64,000 nucleotides of DNA from Anaerolineales bacterium. GTDB taxonomy: Bacteria > Chloroflexota > Anaerolineae > Anaerolineales > E44-bin32. The notes under the pieces are model-generated. The model searched no databases. It was not told the origin of the DNA and saw only the letters and a program-made list of their open reading frames with translations. The stretch is from NCBI GenBank assembly GCA_040899905.1, contig JBBDZX010000005.1:809763-873762 (forward strand). Direction: 5' to 3'. Shown here in pieces: positions 19,972-30,389 of this stretch (position 1 is the stretch's first letter; each line of letters begins with the position of its first letter). Both the position numbers and the translations under genes were made by a program.

Positions 19972-21834
19972 CTACAGATGGTGCCGCTTCTTCCGGCTGC
20001 CTATCTCGTTGCGGCGCAGGGCGTCCTGCACCTCGGTAGCCTCCGAGACGGCCGCCACCGGAACGTCCCACCACGACTCGTACCCCGGGACGCGCTGCTC
20101 TGGATCGGTCTCGATCACAATCACCGTGGTGCGCTCCTGGGCCTTGGCACGTTCGAGGGCGGAGGAGAGCGAGGGCATGTCGGTCGCCGGATAGACCGCC
20201 GCCCCCAGGCTGTGGGCGTTGGCGGCGAAGTCCACGGGCAGAAGGTCGCCGTCGAGCTGCCCGGTCTTCGGATTGCGGAAGCGATAGCGCGTGCCAAACC
20301 CTCCGCCGCCCAAGGATTGGGATAGGCCTCCGATGCTGGAGAAACCGTGGTTGTCGATCAGCACCACGATGAGCTTGAACCCTTCCTGGATGGAGGTGAT
20401 GATCTCGCCATTCATCATCAAGTACGAGCCGTCGCCGACCATGACGTACACCTCGCGGTCCGGGGCGGCCATCTTCACGCCCAATCCGCCAGCGATCTCG
20501 TAGCCCATGCAGGAGTAGCCGTACTCCATGTGGTACCCCTTGGGATCCCGCACTCGCCACAGCTTGTGCAGATCGCCTGGCAGGCTGCCGGCGGCGCCTA
20601 CGACGACATCCCTCGGCCCGGCAGCCTGGTTGACGGCGCCGACCACCTCGCCCTGGCTGATCGGGGGCCCGTGTTCGAGATGATACAGCCTTGTCACCTC
20701 CGCGTCCCACTCTCGGTTGTAGCGCTCCGCCCGCGCCTGGTAGGCCGGCTCCGTACGGTGGGTCCCAAGGGCTATGAGCAGTTGTTCCAGGACCGCTCGC
20801 GCGTCGCCCACCAAAGGCAGCCCGGCGTGCTTGTGGGCGTCGAAGTCGGCCACATTGATGTTGATGAAACGTACCTCCGAGTTCTGGAAGGCGGTCTTGG
20901 AAGCCGTCGTGAAATCGGTGTAGCGGGTGCCGACGCCGATGACCAGGTCGGCTTGGCTGGCCATCCGATTGGCGCCCGGAGTTCCGGTTACCCCGAGCGC
21001 GCCCAGCGACAGCCGGTGGTCATACCGGAGGACCCCCTTCCCGGCATGGGTCTCTGCGACCGGGATGCCGGCCGCCTCTGCCAGCTCCACCAGCGCGCCG
21101 GTGGCCTCACTGTAGATCACGCCTCCTCCGGCAACGATCAACGGCGACTGGCTGGCTCGGATCCAGGCGGCTGCCTGCTGTAGCCTCGCCGGATCCGGCA
21201 ACGCCCGGGGGATCGACCAGACCCGCTCGGCAAATAGCATCTCCGGGAAATCGAAGGCCTCCACTTGCACATCCTGCGGCAAGGATAAAGTTACCGTTCC
21301 GGTGTCGGCCGGCGAGGTGAGAGTTCTCATCGCTTCGGGAAGCGCGGTGATGATTTGCTCCGGCCGATTGATGCGGTCCCAATAGCGGGAGATCGGCTTG
21401 AAACAGTCGTTCACCGAGAGATCTTGTGAGGACGGCAGCTCAAGCTGCTGCAACACAGGAGCCACGTCGCGTCGGGCGAAAATGTCGCCGGGCAGGAGCA
21501 GCACCGGGAGCCGATTGATCGTGGCACCCGCAGCGGCAGTAATCATATTCGTGGCGCCCGGACCGATGGAGGTGGTGCAGGCCAGAGCCCGCAGCCGGTT
21601 GTTCATCTTGGCGAAGGCCGCTGCCGTGTGGACCATCGCCTGTTCGTTGCGGGCCTGGTAGTAGCGGAACTCAGGAACCTGCTGGAGAGCCTGACCGATG
21701 CCGGCGATGTTGCCGTGCCCGAAGATCCCAAAGCATCCGGCGAAGAACGGCTGGCGCACCCCGTCCCGCTCGACCTGCTGCTGCATCAAGAAGCGGAGGA
21801 TCGCCTGAGCCATCGTAAGGCGGACGGTTCTCAT
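19972..21834 (-). CDS. iolD: 3D-(3,5/4)-trihydroxycyclohexane-1,2-dione acylhydrolase (TPP-dependent)
   Basis: [34 protein letters not shown] and WWDVPV motifs. Confidence 0.96.
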   Translation of the reverse strand: MRTVRLTMAQAILRFLMQQQVERDGVRQPFFAGCFGIFGHGNIAGIGQALQQVPEFRYYQARNEQAMVHTAAAFAKMNNRLRALACTTSIGPGATNMITAAAGATINRLPVLLLPGDIFARRDVAPVLQQLELPSSQDLSVNDCFKPISRYWDRINRPEQIITALPEAMRTLTSPADTGTVTLSLPQDVQVEAFDFPEMLFAERVWSIPRALPDPARLQQAAAWIRASQSPLIVAGGGVIYSEATGALVELAEAAGIPVAETHAGKGVLRYDHRLSLGALGVTGTPGANRMASQADLVIGVGTRYTDFTTASKTAFQNSEVRFININVADFDAHKHAGLPLVGDARAVLEQLLIALGTHRTEPAYQARAERYNREWDAEVTRLYHLEHGPPISQGEVVGAVNQAAGPRDVVVGAAGSLPGDLHKLWRVRDPKGYHMEYGYSCMGYEIAGGLGVKMAAPDREVYVMVGDGSYLMMNGEIITSIQEGFKLIVVLIDNHGFSSIGGLSQSLGGGGFGTRYRFRNPKTGQLDGDLLPVDFAANAHSLGAAVYPATDMPSLSSALERAKAQERTTVIVIETDPEQRVPGYESWWDVPVAAVSEATEVQDALRRNEIGSRKKRHHL

Positions 21835-21890
21835 CCCAACTCCCTCCGGCAAGCCCACATCATGCAGGGCAGAGGCCTAATCCCAGGCGC

Positions 21891-22922
21891 TCAGAAGCCG
21901 CCGCGGGCCTCGATGAATTCCAGGGCCTCGCTCTCATAGGGCATGAAATTGGCCACTCCCTGTCGCGTCACCACGATGGCACCGCAGGCGTTGCCCATTC
22001 GGGAAGCCCGATACCAATCCCAGCCATGCAGGCGACCGTAGATCAATCCACTGGCGTAGGCATCGCCGGCGCCCAGCACGTTCACAACCTCCACCGGAAA
22101 CGCGGCCGCGTCGATGACCTCGCCGGTGGGCAAGTGCACGCTCGAACCGCGGCTTCCGCGCTTCACCACCAGGGCCCGCAGGCCGATTCCGAGCAGCGCC
22201 TCGACCGCCGGCCGAAGCTCTCCGGATACATCGGGTGTGGTGATCTGAGAATCCCGGATCACCACCGCGGAGGCGTCCCGGATCGTTGCCGCCTTGATCT
22301 CCTCCTCCGTGCCGAGGCAGATGTCGGCCAGGCGCAGGGCGGCGCGCACCGCGACGCCAAAGGCGCGCGGATCGGGCCACTGATCGGACCGGAAATCGAG
22401 ATCCAGGTACACCGTCGCTCCTGCCCGCCGCGCTTGCTCCGCGGCGAACATCGTGGCGCTGCGGCTGGGCTCCCGGCTGAGGTTCGTGCCGGCGAACTCG
22501 AAGGACCGCGATTGGTCCAACGGTGTCCTAAGCACGTCGTCCAGGTCCAGCTGGATGTCGGCGGCGTTGTCCCGGTAGAACACCAGCGGGAAGCGGTCCG
22601 GCGGCTCGATCCCCAGGAGGACAGCGCTGCTGCGGCTCCCCGGTTTGCGGGGGATGAACCGCGTCTCGACGCCCTCCCGCCGGAGAAAGGTGAGGATGAA
22701 GTCGCCGACGGGATCTTCGCCGACGGCGGTCAGGAGCCCGGTGCGCAGCCCGAGGCGCTGCGCCCCGACGGCGATGTTGGTGGGCGATCCGCCCACAAAC
22801 GCGCCGAAGCTCTTGATGTCCACAAAGGCCGCTCCCACGTCGTTCGAATACAGGTCGATCGAGGATCGGCCCATGGTGATGAGGTCGTAGGCAGGCGTCC
22901 GGGCGTCAGGGGGGGTGGTCAT
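21891..22922 (-). CDS. iolC: 5-dehydro-2-deoxygluconokinase (PfkB family)
   Basis: MGRSSIDLY, GGSPTN, FYRDNAAD and LGAGDAY motifs; iol context. Confidence 0.93.
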   Translation of the reverse strand: MTTPPDARTPAYDLITMGRSSIDLYSNDVGAAFVDIKSFGAFVGGSPTNIAVGAQRLGLRTGLLTAVGEDPVGDFILTFLRREGVETRFIPRKPGSRSSAVLLGIEPPDRFPLVFYRDNAADIQLDLDDVLRTPLDQSRSFEFAGTNLSREPSRSATMFAAEQARRAGATVYLDLDFRSDQWPDPRAFGVAVRAALRLADICLGTEEEIKAATIRDASAVVIRDSQITTPDVSGELRPAVEALLGIGLRALVVKRGSRGSSVHLPTGEVIDAAAFPVEVVNVLGAGDAYASGLIYGRLHGWDWYRASRMGNACGAIVVTRQGVANFMPYESEALEFIEARGGF

Positions 22923-22992
22923 GTTGGAGACGGCGCGGAGCTGCCAGAGACTCCCGCGGCCCCACCTCCGTCATCGCATGGGCGTTCGGAGG

Positions 22993-23886
22993 TCAACCTC
23001 CGCCGCGGCCTTCGCCGGTCTCCATGGCCAGGCTCACGAGAGGCAACCGCGGGTCCTTGTCCTTCCAAGTGGACTTCACCCAGGCGTGATCCGGGTCGTC
23101 GCGGTGGGCGAGCGATTGGGCGCTGCCGGCAAGGAAGTTCAAGTAGTAGGTGGTGTATCCATGGGCGGACGCCACCGGGTGGTAGCCCTCGGGCACCAGG
23201 ATGAGATCATCGTTCCCGGCCACCATCGTCTCGTTCAGGCGTCCGTCGGAAGTGTAGACCCGCTGCAGGGCAAACCCCTCGGGGCGGTCGAGCTTGTAGA
23301 AGTACACCTCTTCCAGGTCGGCCTCGAGGAGCTGACCCCCTGGGTCGAGTTGGTGTTCGTCATGCTTGTGGGGAGGGTAGGAGCTCCAGTTGCCCGAGGG
23401 CGTATAGACCTCCACGCAAACCAGCCGTTGGCAGTCAAATCCCGGGGGGATGATGGCGTTGATCTGGCGGGTGGCGTTGCCAGCCCCGCGGATCTCGACC
23501 GAGACATCCTGCGGCCGAACCACCTGCGGTGGATGATCCTCGTCGACGGCACACCACGCGTAGGCCAGGTCCACCCCGGCCGCCGGCATAGCCTGGACTT
23601 CCACGTCGGTCCGGCGTGGGAGATACAACGCGTGGGGCATCCCGTGGAAGACAGTCTGCCGACGGCCCAGCCGCGGCCATTCGCCTCGCGACGTGCCGAC
23701 GCGGCAGATGCCGCCGAGCACAACCAGCCCATATTCGTTCTCACCCGTCTTCAGGCTCCACCGCTCCCCGGCAGCCATCCGGCGAGCGGCAAAGTGAAGC
23801 CATTCCCAGCCGGCCCGATCGGGGGTCAGGTGATGGTACTCGGCCTGGGTGCTCGTCGGGTGGATCAACAGGCGCGATGTGGACAT
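22993..23886 (-). CDS. iolB: 5-deoxy-glucuronate isomerase
   Basis: EVYTPSGNWSSYPPHKHD, LEEVYFY, QRVYT and VPEGYHPV motifs. Confidence 0.96.
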   Translation of the reverse strand: MSTSRLLIHPTSTQAEYHHLTPDRAGWEWLHFAARRMAAGERWSLKTGENEYGLVVLGGICRVGTSRGEWPRLGRRQTVFHGMPHALYLPRRTDVEVQAMPAAGVDLAYAWCAVDEDHPPQVVRPQDVSVEIRGAGNATRQINAIIPPGFDCQRLVCVEVYTPSGNWSSYPPHKHDEHQLDPGGQLLEADLEEVYFYKLDRPEGFALQRVYTSDGRLNETMVAGNDDLILVPEGYHPVASAHGYTTYYLNFLAGSAQSLAHRDDPDHAWVKSTWKDKDPRLPLVSLAMETGEGRGGG

Positions 23887-23993
23887 CGACTCAATGGTCT
23901 GCCAGGAGGTCCGACACGATGGGGTTGCCGGCGCACGATCCAGCCAAGGATTCTATGCGATTCGCCCAAATCTCCTTGTCCTGCCGCGTCCTT

Positions 23994-24180
23994 CCTCCCG
24001 CGACGGGTCGTTGAACCGCTGCGGACTCGGCCCTGTGCCCCGTAGGTGGCCGCCAGGCTGAGCCCCGCCAGATTGAGGAGGGGTATGGAGTTCGCCCGCA
24101 AAGGGCGCCCCCCTGCGGGAGGTACCCAAGCAAGCCCCTCGCCCCTGCGCGAAGCGGGAGGGGAGCCACCTTCATTGGGG
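23994..24180. ncRNA. Candidate structured RNA in the prs-iolB intergenic region (identity unknown)
   Basis: Closing stem CCCCGTAGGTGGC/GCCACCT..GGGG (24038-24180); nested GGGTAT/GTACCC; hairpins capped by GCAAA and GCGAA. Confidence 0.35.
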
Positions 24181-25140
24181 CTACTCGTTGAACAGCTCTC
24201 CGACCGAGCGGCCCTCATGGGCGCGCAGGATCACCTCGCCCAGCAAGGGCGCTACGGAAAGAATGGTCATGTTCGCCAGGCGCTTCTCCGGCGTGACGGG
24301 GACGGTGTTCGTGGTCACGATTTCCTTGACCGGGAGCGACCGCAGGATCTCCACCGCCGGGGGGACCAGCAGGGCGTGGACGAAGGAGAGATAGACGTCC
24401 CGCGCGCCCCGCTCCTTGACAATTCCGACCGCCTCCCCCATCGAGCCGGCGGTCAGCACTTCATCGTCCACCAGGATCACGTCCTTGCCTTCCACATCGC
24501 CGATCACGGTCGTGGCCCGGGCGCGTGGGTCATCGCCCTGGCGTCGCTTCTCGACGAACGCCAGAGGCAGGCCCAGCTTGGCGGCGAAGTTGCGTCCCTT
24601 TTTCGCGAAACCGAGGTCCGCCGTGGCGATCACCCCCTGCCGGAGATCCTTCGCCAGAAAATAATCGCTCAACATATGGAAGGCGGTCAGCACATCGCCG
24701 GGGATCGAGAAGAAGCCTTGGATCTGCCCGGCATGCAAATCGATAGTGATGTAGCGGTCGGCGCCCGCGACCTCGATCATGTCGGCGACGAGCCGGGCCA
24801 CGATCGGGACGCGGGGCTGATCCTTCTTGTCCGAACGGGCGTAGGCCATGTAGGGAACCACGACGGTAATCCTGCCGGCCGAATCGCGTTTGAGGGTGTC
24901 GACCATAATCAGGAGTTCCATCAAGTTGCGATGGACCGGCGGTCCCATCGACTGGATCAGGAATACATCCTGGCCCCGCACGCTGCCTTGCAGCCGGGTG
25001 AACAGATTCTCGTTCGGAAACTCGACCAGGTCGTAGGGTGATAAGGGCACCTTGAGATAGCGGCTGATCTCGGTCGCCAGCTCGGGGGACCCGGAGCCGG
25101 CGAAGAGCTTGATATCCCCGTAGCTAAACATCCTTCCCAT
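24181..25140 (-). CDS. prs: Ribose-phosphate pyrophosphokinase
   Basis: FPNEN, VRGQDVF, PYMAYARSDKK, DLHAGQIQGFF and VILVDDEVLTAGS motifs. Confidence 0.95.
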   Translation of the reverse strand: MGRMFSYGDIKLFAGSGSPELATEISRYLKVPLSPYDLVEFPNENLFTRLQGSVRGQDVFLIQSMGPPVHRNLMELLIMVDTLKRDSAGRITVVVPYMAYARSDKKDQPRVPIVARLVADMIEVAGADRYITIDLHAGQIQGFFSIPGDVLTAFHMLSDYFLAKDLRQGVIATADLGFAKKGRNFAAKLGLPLAFVEKRRQGDDPRARATTVIGDVEGKDVILVDDEVLTAGSMGEAVGIVKERGARDVYLSFVHALLVPPAVEILRSLPVKEIVTTNTVPVTPEKRLANMTILSVAPLLGEVILRAHEGRSVGELFNE

Positions 25141-25693
25141 GCGCCCTCCCGTCCCGGCCGGCAGCTCCCCACTCGGTTCGCAACAATCCCATGATCAGCG
25201 TGTCCTCATACGTCCCATCCGCCAGGTGATCTTGGCGGAACCGCCCTTCTTCGATAAAGCCGATCCGATGGTATACACGAATGGCGCGAGTGTTGGACTC
25301 GTACACCCGCAAGTACACCCGATGCAGATTGAGCGTTCCGAAGGCGTACTCGAGCAGGGCGCGCATCGCGTCGGTCCCAAACCCCTTGCCCCACATCGAC
25401 TTCTCCCCGATGACAATCCCGAGCTCGGCGTTGTGCGCCAGGCGGTCAAACCGGAACAGGCTGCAACCGCCGATATGTACCCAACTCCGGCCACGCCGGG
25501 ACTCAATCGCCAGGGGTTGCTCTTCTCGTGGCAGGGCGAGAGAACTCTCGAACCACTTTTCTTCCTGCGCCAGACTCAGGGGGAACACCTGGGCGATCCC
25601 CCTTCGGACATCGGGGTCGTTGAGCCAGGTGACGTATCGGGGCAGGTCGGAACGCTCGACGGCCCGCAGACGGACCTTCACCCCGTAGATCAC
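25124..25693 (-). CDS. GNAT N-acetyltransferase (RimJ/RimL family)
   Basis: AELGIVIG, WGKGFGTDA, NTRAIRVY..IGF.EEGR and MGLLRTEW motifs. Confidence 0.9.
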   Translation of the reverse strand: MIYGVKVRLRAVERSDLPRYVTWLNDPDVRRGIAQVFPLSLAQEEKWFESSLALPREEQPLAIESRRGRSWVHIGGCSLFRFDRLAHNAELGIVIGEKSMWGKGFGTDAMRALLEYAFGTLNLHRVYLRVYESNTRAIRVYHRIGFIEEGRFRQDHLADGTYEDTLIMGLLRTEWGAAGRDGRAHGKDV

Positions 25694-26670
25694 TCGGTCC
25701 CACGCTCCAACAATTCTTTCACGGCGGCCCGTGGCGAGACCTCGCGTGAGGCCACCTTTTCAATGGCTTCATTCCACGCCGGATCCCCCAACCGCTTCAA
25801 GAAGCGCGCGGCAAGCTCTTCCTGGAGCCGGAGCGCCAGGTCGTGACCCGCGCGAAGCCGTTGGCGGTCCGCGGCTTCGTCGGAGCTTTCGAGATGCTGG
25901 CGGTGGGCCGCGATCGCGCCGGCCAACTCGAGGACGCCCTCGTCCCGGGTCGCAATCGTTCGCAGGATCGGGACCTCCCACGAGGTCTCTCGGCGGACCG
26001 TTCCGGTCCCCCTTCGCGACGGGCGGCCCAAGTCGAGGGCGGCCCGGAGCGCCCGAACGGTCTCGTCGGCCCCGGGCAAGTCCGCTTTGTTGACGACCAG
26101 GATGTCGGCGATCTCGAGGATTCCCGCTTTGATGGCCTGCACGTCATCTCCGAAACCCGGAGCTTCGACGACGATGGTCGTGGCCGCGAGCTGGGCTACT
26201 TCGACTTCCGCCTGACCTGCCCCGACGGTCTCGACAAGAATGTGCCCGAACCCGGCCGCGTCCAGGGCCTCGACGGCTTCTTGGGTCCGGAGCGCCAGGC
26301 CCCCTAACGCGCCCCGGGTGGCCATGCTGCGAATGAACACCCCGCGGTCGACCGAGGCTTCTCGCATTCGGATGCGATCCCCAAGGATCGCGCCCCCGGT
26401 GAACGGGCTGGAGGGGTCGACAGCCAGGACGGCGACCTCGGGGGATCCCTGGCTCCGCAGGGTGAGGGCCAGACGATTCACAAGGGTTGATTTGCCTGTC
26501 CCCGGCGCGCCCGTGACGCCGATCACATGGGCTTGGCCGCGATGGGGGAAAAGGCGGGCCAGTTCCGTCCCCCCCGCATCATCGTCACTTTCGATCAGGC
26601 TGAGGAGCCGGGCCAGAGCCCGGCGATCTCCGGCGCGGACCCTTTCGGCCAGGTCCGGCACCGATTTCAT
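25690..26670 (-). CDS. meaB: Methylmalonyl-CoA mutase-associated GTPase
   Basis: [36 protein letters not shown] and NKAD motifs. Confidence 0.95.
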   Translation of the reverse strand: MKSVPDLAERVRAGDRRALARLLSLIESDDDAGGTELARLFPHRGQAHVIGVTGAPGTGKSTLVNRLALTLRSQGSPEVAVLAVDPSSPFTGGAILGDRIRMREASVDRGVFIRSMATRGALGGLALRTQEAVEALDAAGFGHILVETVGAGQAEVEVAQLAATTIVVEAPGFGDDVQAIKAGILEIADILVVNKADLPGADETVRALRAALDLGRPSRRGTGTVRRETSWEVPILRTIATRDEGVLELAGAIAAHRQHLESSDEAADRQRLRAGHDLALRLQEELAARFLKRLGDPAWNEAIEKVASREVSPRAAVKELLERGTE

Positions 26671-27080
26671 GGCGTGGCCGGGGCAGCGCGAACAGCCTCC
26701 TGGAACGCCCGGACGATCTGATCCGTGCTCGTGCCCGGCCCGAGGATGGCCGCCACGCCCAGGTCTCTCAACGTGGGGACATCTTCATCCGGGATGATCC
26801 CACCCACGAGGACGCGGACATCCTGCTGGTCTTGTCCCCGGAGGAGCTCGAAGAGCTTGGGGACCAGAGCCATATGGGCCCCGGAGAGGATCGAAAGCCC
26901 GATCGCATCGACATCCTCTTGGAGGGCGGCTCGGGCGATCATTTCCGGCGTCTGACGCAGGCCCGTGTAGATGACTTCCATCCCCGCGTCGCGCAGCGCA
27001 CGGGCGATGACCTTGGCGCCGCGGTCATGACCGTCTAAGCCGGGTTTGGCGATGAGGATGCGTAAGGTGGGTTCAGGCAT
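26667..27080 (-). CDS. Cobalamin-binding (C-terminal) subunit of methylmalonyl-CoA mutase family
   Basis: [21 protein letters not shown] and GGIIP motifs. Confidence 0.95.
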   Translation of the reverse strand: MPEPTLRILIAKPGLDGHDRGAKVIARALRDAGMEVIYTGLRQTPEMIARAALQEDVDAIGLSILSGAHMALVPKLFELLRGQDQQDVRVLVGGIIPDEDVPTLRDLGVAAILGPGTSTDQIVRAFQEAVRAAPATP

Positions 27081-27111
27081 TGACGTCCGTGTGAATTTCG
27101 GCGCGCCGAGG

Positions 27112-27117
27112 ATTATA
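27112..27117 (-). promoter_or_regulatory. -10 element (GGTATAAT) for the mutase-domain/meaB/GNAT/prs operon
   Basis: Perfect TATAAT; the same GGTATAATC context occurs upstream of the S1 gene and rpsO. Confidence 0.6.
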
Positions 27118-27145
27118 CCCGGACCCTCGCGGTCCGGGCGTGGGG

Positions 27146-28159
27146 TTATTCGGGAAGGCGGAACAGGCCCATCGCGTCATGGACTCGATCCATGGTCGCC
27201 TGCGCCTCCTGGCGCATCTTGTGGGTCCCCTGCACAAGAATCTCTTGAACCCGACGCGGGTCGTCTGCGAAATCCGCCCGCCGCTTTCGGATCGGCTCGA
27301 GGAACTGGTTCAGCGCCTCCGCCAGCCGCGTCTTGACCTCGACATCCCCGACTTTGCCGGCCCGATATCGCTCTTTCAGATCCTCGACCTCGGCACGGTT
27401 CGGGTTGAACGCCTGGTGGTAGATGAACACGGGATTGCCTTCCACCTCCCCGGGGATGTCAGCCCGGATCCGCTTGGGATCGGTGTACATCCGCATCACC
27501 TTCTCCCGAACCTGCTCGGGCGAATCGGCAAGGAAGATCGTGTTGCCGAGTGACTTGCTCATCTTGGCTTTGCCGTCGGTACCCACCAGGGTTGGGACCT
27601 CGCCGAGAAGGACCTCGGGGATGGGGAACACATCTCCGTACAGGCGGTTGAATCGCCGGGCGATCTCACGTGTGACCTCGATGTGTGACTCATTGTCCTT
27701 TCCTACGGGGACGAGGTGCGCGCGCGGCAAGAGGATATCGGCCGCCTGCAAGACCGGGTATCCCAAAAGCCCGAAGGGCAGCACGTCGAGATGGGCCGCC
27801 TGGGCCATCTCCTTGAGGCTCGGGACGCGTTCCAGCCGGGGGACGGTGATGAGCATTTCGAAGATCAGGTTGAGCTCGTAGGTTTGGGGAACGGCGGATT
27901 GCAGGAAGACGACACTCCGCTCCGGATCGATCCCGCACGCCAGGTAATCGAGGACCAGCTCGCGGACATGGCCACCGATCTCGGCGATGGCCTCTTTTTC
28001 CGGCCGGGTCGTCAGCGTGTGCAGATCGGCTACGATGAAAAAGCACTCGTATTCATCTTGGAGGCGGACGCGGTTCTGGATCGAACCCACGAAGTGGCCA
28101 AGGTGAAGCTGGCCGGTCGGGCGATCGCCGGTCAAGATGCGTTTTCGGGGCTTAGGCAA
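27146..28159 (-). CDS. trpS: Tryptophan--tRNA ligase
   Basis: [22 protein letters not shown] and KMSKS motifs. Confidence 0.96.
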   Translation of the reverse strand: MPKPRKRILTGDRPTGQLHLGHFVGSIQNRVRLQDEYECFFIVADLHTLTTRPEKEAIAEIGGHVRELVLDYLACGIDPERSVVFLQSAVPQTYELNLIFEMLITVPRLERVPSLKEMAQAAHLDVLPFGLLGYPVLQAADILLPRAHLVPVGKDNESHIEVTREIARRFNRLYGDVFPIPEVLLGEVPTLVGTDGKAKMSKSLGNTIFLADSPEQVREKVMRMYTDPKRIRADIPGEVEGNPVFIYHQAFNPNRAEVEDLKERYRAGKVGDVEVKTRLAEALNQFLEPIRKRRADFADDPRRVQEILVQGTHKMRQEAQATMDRVHDAMGLFRLPE

Positions 28160-28230
28160 TCACACTCCTGCGGGGAGAGTCGGCTCCGCGGGCAGGCCCG
28201 ATATGGAGCCGCTCCGGAACGCGAACCGCG

Positions 28231-28575
28231 TCAAGCCGCGGCGGAGATCGTCGGCAAATGGGGGCCGAAGGCGTCCACGATTCGTTTCTTAGGCACGAAA
28301 CCGGTGACGCGCTCGAGGGGCTGCCCATGGAGAAAAAGGATGAGGGTCGGCACGCTCATGACCCCGAATCGGACGGTGGTATCGACGTTCTCGTCGATGT
28401 CCATCTTGGCGACCTTGACGCGCCCACGCCATTCGGCCGCTAGCTCATCCACGATCGGATCGAGCATCCGGCAAGGCCGACACCAATCGGCGCCAAATTC
28501 GACCAGCACCAGCCCCGCGGCTTGCAGGACCTCGGGCCCAAACGTTGCGTCGGAAACTTGGGTGTGTTCGGTCAC
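28231..28575 (-). CDS. trxA: Thioredoxin
   Basis: ADWCRPC active site, VMSVPTL, GFVPK; GTG start after an AGGGAG RBS. Confidence 0.9.
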   Translation of the reverse strand: MTEHTQVSDATFGPEVLQAAGLVLVEFGADWCRPCRMLDPIVDELAAEWRGRVKVAKMDIDENVDTTVRFGVMSVPTLILFLHGQPLERVTGFVPKKRIVDAFGPHLPTISAAA

Positions 28576-28657
28576 AAGCCGCTCCCTTCCCTCTGGGGCT
28601 GTTGCCGCAGGCGCAGGAGTATAGCCGCTTCTGTTCTCGTCGGACCTGCCCGCTTCC

Positions 28658-28686
28658 TTGACCCGGTCTGACCTGCATGGTATCAT
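28658..28686 (+). promoter_or_regulatory. Sigma70 promoter of the hrcA-dnaK operon
   Basis: TTGACC-17bp-TATCAT with an extended TG. Confidence 0.75.
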
Positions 28687-28699
28687 GACAGCCCCTTGG

Positions 28700-28726
28700 T
28701 TAGCACTCGGGGGGCTCGAGTGCTAA
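28700..28726. promoter_or_regulatory. CIRCE element (HrcA operator)
   Basis: Perfect TTAGCACTC-N9-GAGTGCTAA just upstream of hrcA. Confidence 0.97.
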
Positions 28727-28740
28727 ACCCACTGATACCC

Positions 28741-29778
28741 ATGAGACATCTTTCAGAACGCCAGGAGACGCTGCTCGGGCTCGTTGTCCACGAGTACGTG
28801 GAGAACGCGCAGCCCGTGGGCTCGGAGCGCCTGGTCGATCAGTACAGCCTGGAGATCAGCTCCGCGACGGTACGCAATGAGATGTCAGCCCTCACCGAAG
28901 CCGGTCTGTTGCGCCAGCCGCATACCTCGGCCGGCCGCGTTCCCACCGAAGAGGGATATCGGTATTTCGTTCGCCAACTCATTGGTGAGACCGAGCTGCC
29001 CGCGGACGAGAAGCGGCTGATCAGTCACCAATTCCATCAAGCCCGCGGGGACGTCGCCGAGTGGGTCCAGTTGGCCGCTTCGGTCCTGGCCCAGCATTCC
29101 CGCGTCGCGTCCTTGGTCACTGCCCCTCGGCCCGAGAAGACGTTCTTCAAACAGGTCGAGCTGATCTCGACCCAGGGCCGCCAAGTCTTGATGGTCATTG
29201 TCCTGCGCGGCGGCGAGGTCCGCCAGCAGATGCTCACCCTGGCGGAGGAGATTCCTGCGGACAGGCTGGATGAATGGGCCGGCCAGATCACGCGTACGTG
29301 CGCCGGGATGGACGCTTCCGGAATGGCGGCCCAGGCGGGCCGCTGGACCGGCCTGGCCATCGATGTGATCCGCCTCGTCGGCGAAGTGATGGCCCGGGCG
29401 GACGCGGTCTCTTCGGGTGAGATTCACCGGGATGGGCTGACGAATGTCCTGGCCCAGCCGGAATTCGCAGACTCAGAGAGCGCGCGGCATGCGCTGGTCT
29501 TGCTGGAGGAACGAAGCTTCCTGGAGGAGGTCCTGGCCAAGGCCCTATCCCCCTCGATTGGAGGCGTGCAAGTCGTGATCGGAGGAGAGGGCGCGTGGGA
29601 GGAGTTGAAGGACTGCTCCATGATCCTCGCCCGGTATGGATCCGCTGAACATGCCACCGGCGCCCTCGGAGTGCTCGGTCCAATCCGTATGTCCTATGGA
29701 AGGACGATCTCCGCCGTCCGCTACGTCGCCGGACTGATGAGCGACTTGGTGGTCGAGAGCTTTACCGGCTCATCCTAG
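28741..29778 (+). CDS. hrcA: Heat-inducible transcription repressor
   Basis: PVGS..L, SSATVRNEM, QPHTSAGRVPT..GYRYFV and GVLGPIRMSY motifs. Confidence 0.96.
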   Translation: MRHLSERQETLLGLVVHEYVENAQPVGSERLVDQYSLEISSATVRNEMSALTEAGLLRQPHTSAGRVPTEEGYRYFVRQLIGETELPADEKRLISHQFHQARGDVAEWVQLAASVLAQHSRVASLVTAPRPEKTFFKQVELISTQGRQVLMVIVLRGGEVRQQMLTLAEEIPADRLDEWAGQITRTCAGMDASGMAAQAGRWTGLAIDVIRLVGEVMARADAVSSGEIHRDGLTNVLAQPEFADSESARHALVLLEERSFLEEVLAKALSPSIGGVQVVIGGEGAWEELKDCSMILARYGSAEHATGALGVLGPIRMSYGRTISAVRYVAGLMSDLVVESFTGSS

Positions 29779-29804
29779 ATGATTCAGGAAGAGGGTTAGC
29801 GGCT

Positions 29805-30377
29805 GTGACGGACGAGGCCTTCGACGATCCCGTGGACGCGTCCCCTCTCGCCTCCAGGTCCGAGGACTCCCCCGAGTCCGCCTCCGGGCGTAGTCCCGAG
29901 GGCGGGCCAGCCGGCGGCGAGGACTGGCAGGAAAAGCTGGCTGAGTCGGAGCGGTTGGCGAGCGAATACCTCGACGGCTGGCAACGCTCCCGCGCGGAAT
30001 TCGCCAACTACAAGAGCCGGGTTCGGCGCGAAGAGTTGGAGGCGCAGGCCCAGGCGACGGCTACCGTGCTCGCCCGGACGCTTCCGATCCTCGATGATCT
30101 TGAGCGGGCGCTGAAAGATCGGCCCCGCGAGGGGGAGGCGGCGGTCTGGGCGGATGGCCTGGAACTCATCTTCCGGAAGTGGTTGTCCCTGCTGGAGGCG
30201 GCCGGCGTCGAGCCCATCCTGGCCGAGGGACTGCATTTCGATCCGACTCTGCATGAGGCGCTCTCGCATGAGGAAAGCCCGGACCACGGAGAAGGCGAGG
30301 TGATCCAGGTGATCACGCAGGGATACCGGCTTGGAGATCGCGTCTTGCGGCCCGCCTTGGTGCGGGTCGCGAAATAG
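29805..30377 (+). CDS. grpE: Nucleotide exchange factor
   Basis: RAEFANYK, FDPTLHEA and GYRLGDRVLRPALVRV motifs. Confidence 0.95.
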   Translation: MTDEAFDDPVDASPLASRSEDSPESASGRSPEGGPAGGEDWQEKLAESERLASEYLDGWQRSRAEFANYKSRVRREELEAQAQATATVLARTLPILDDLERALKDRPREGEAAVWADGLELIFRKWLSLLEAAGVEPILAEGLHFDPTLHEALSHEESPDHGEGEVIQVITQGYRLGDRVLRPALVRVAK

Positions 30378-30389
30378 GAGGTCATCCGC

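Noticed and set aside
19904-20710. N-terminal extension of iolA; similar extensions at 43144-43551, 46563-46811 and 59949-60194
   Set aside because: Low-complexity Arg/Gly-rich read-through overlapping bona fide upstream genes; internal starts have an RBS, stop-start coupling or a short gap after the upstream stop.
11087-25041. Many long + strand ORFs opposite the iol/ABC/prs genes (e.g. 11969-14002, 15206-17197, 18293-19699)
   Set aside because: Antisense shadows caused by GC3 bias; the minus-strand genes carry the recognisable motifs.
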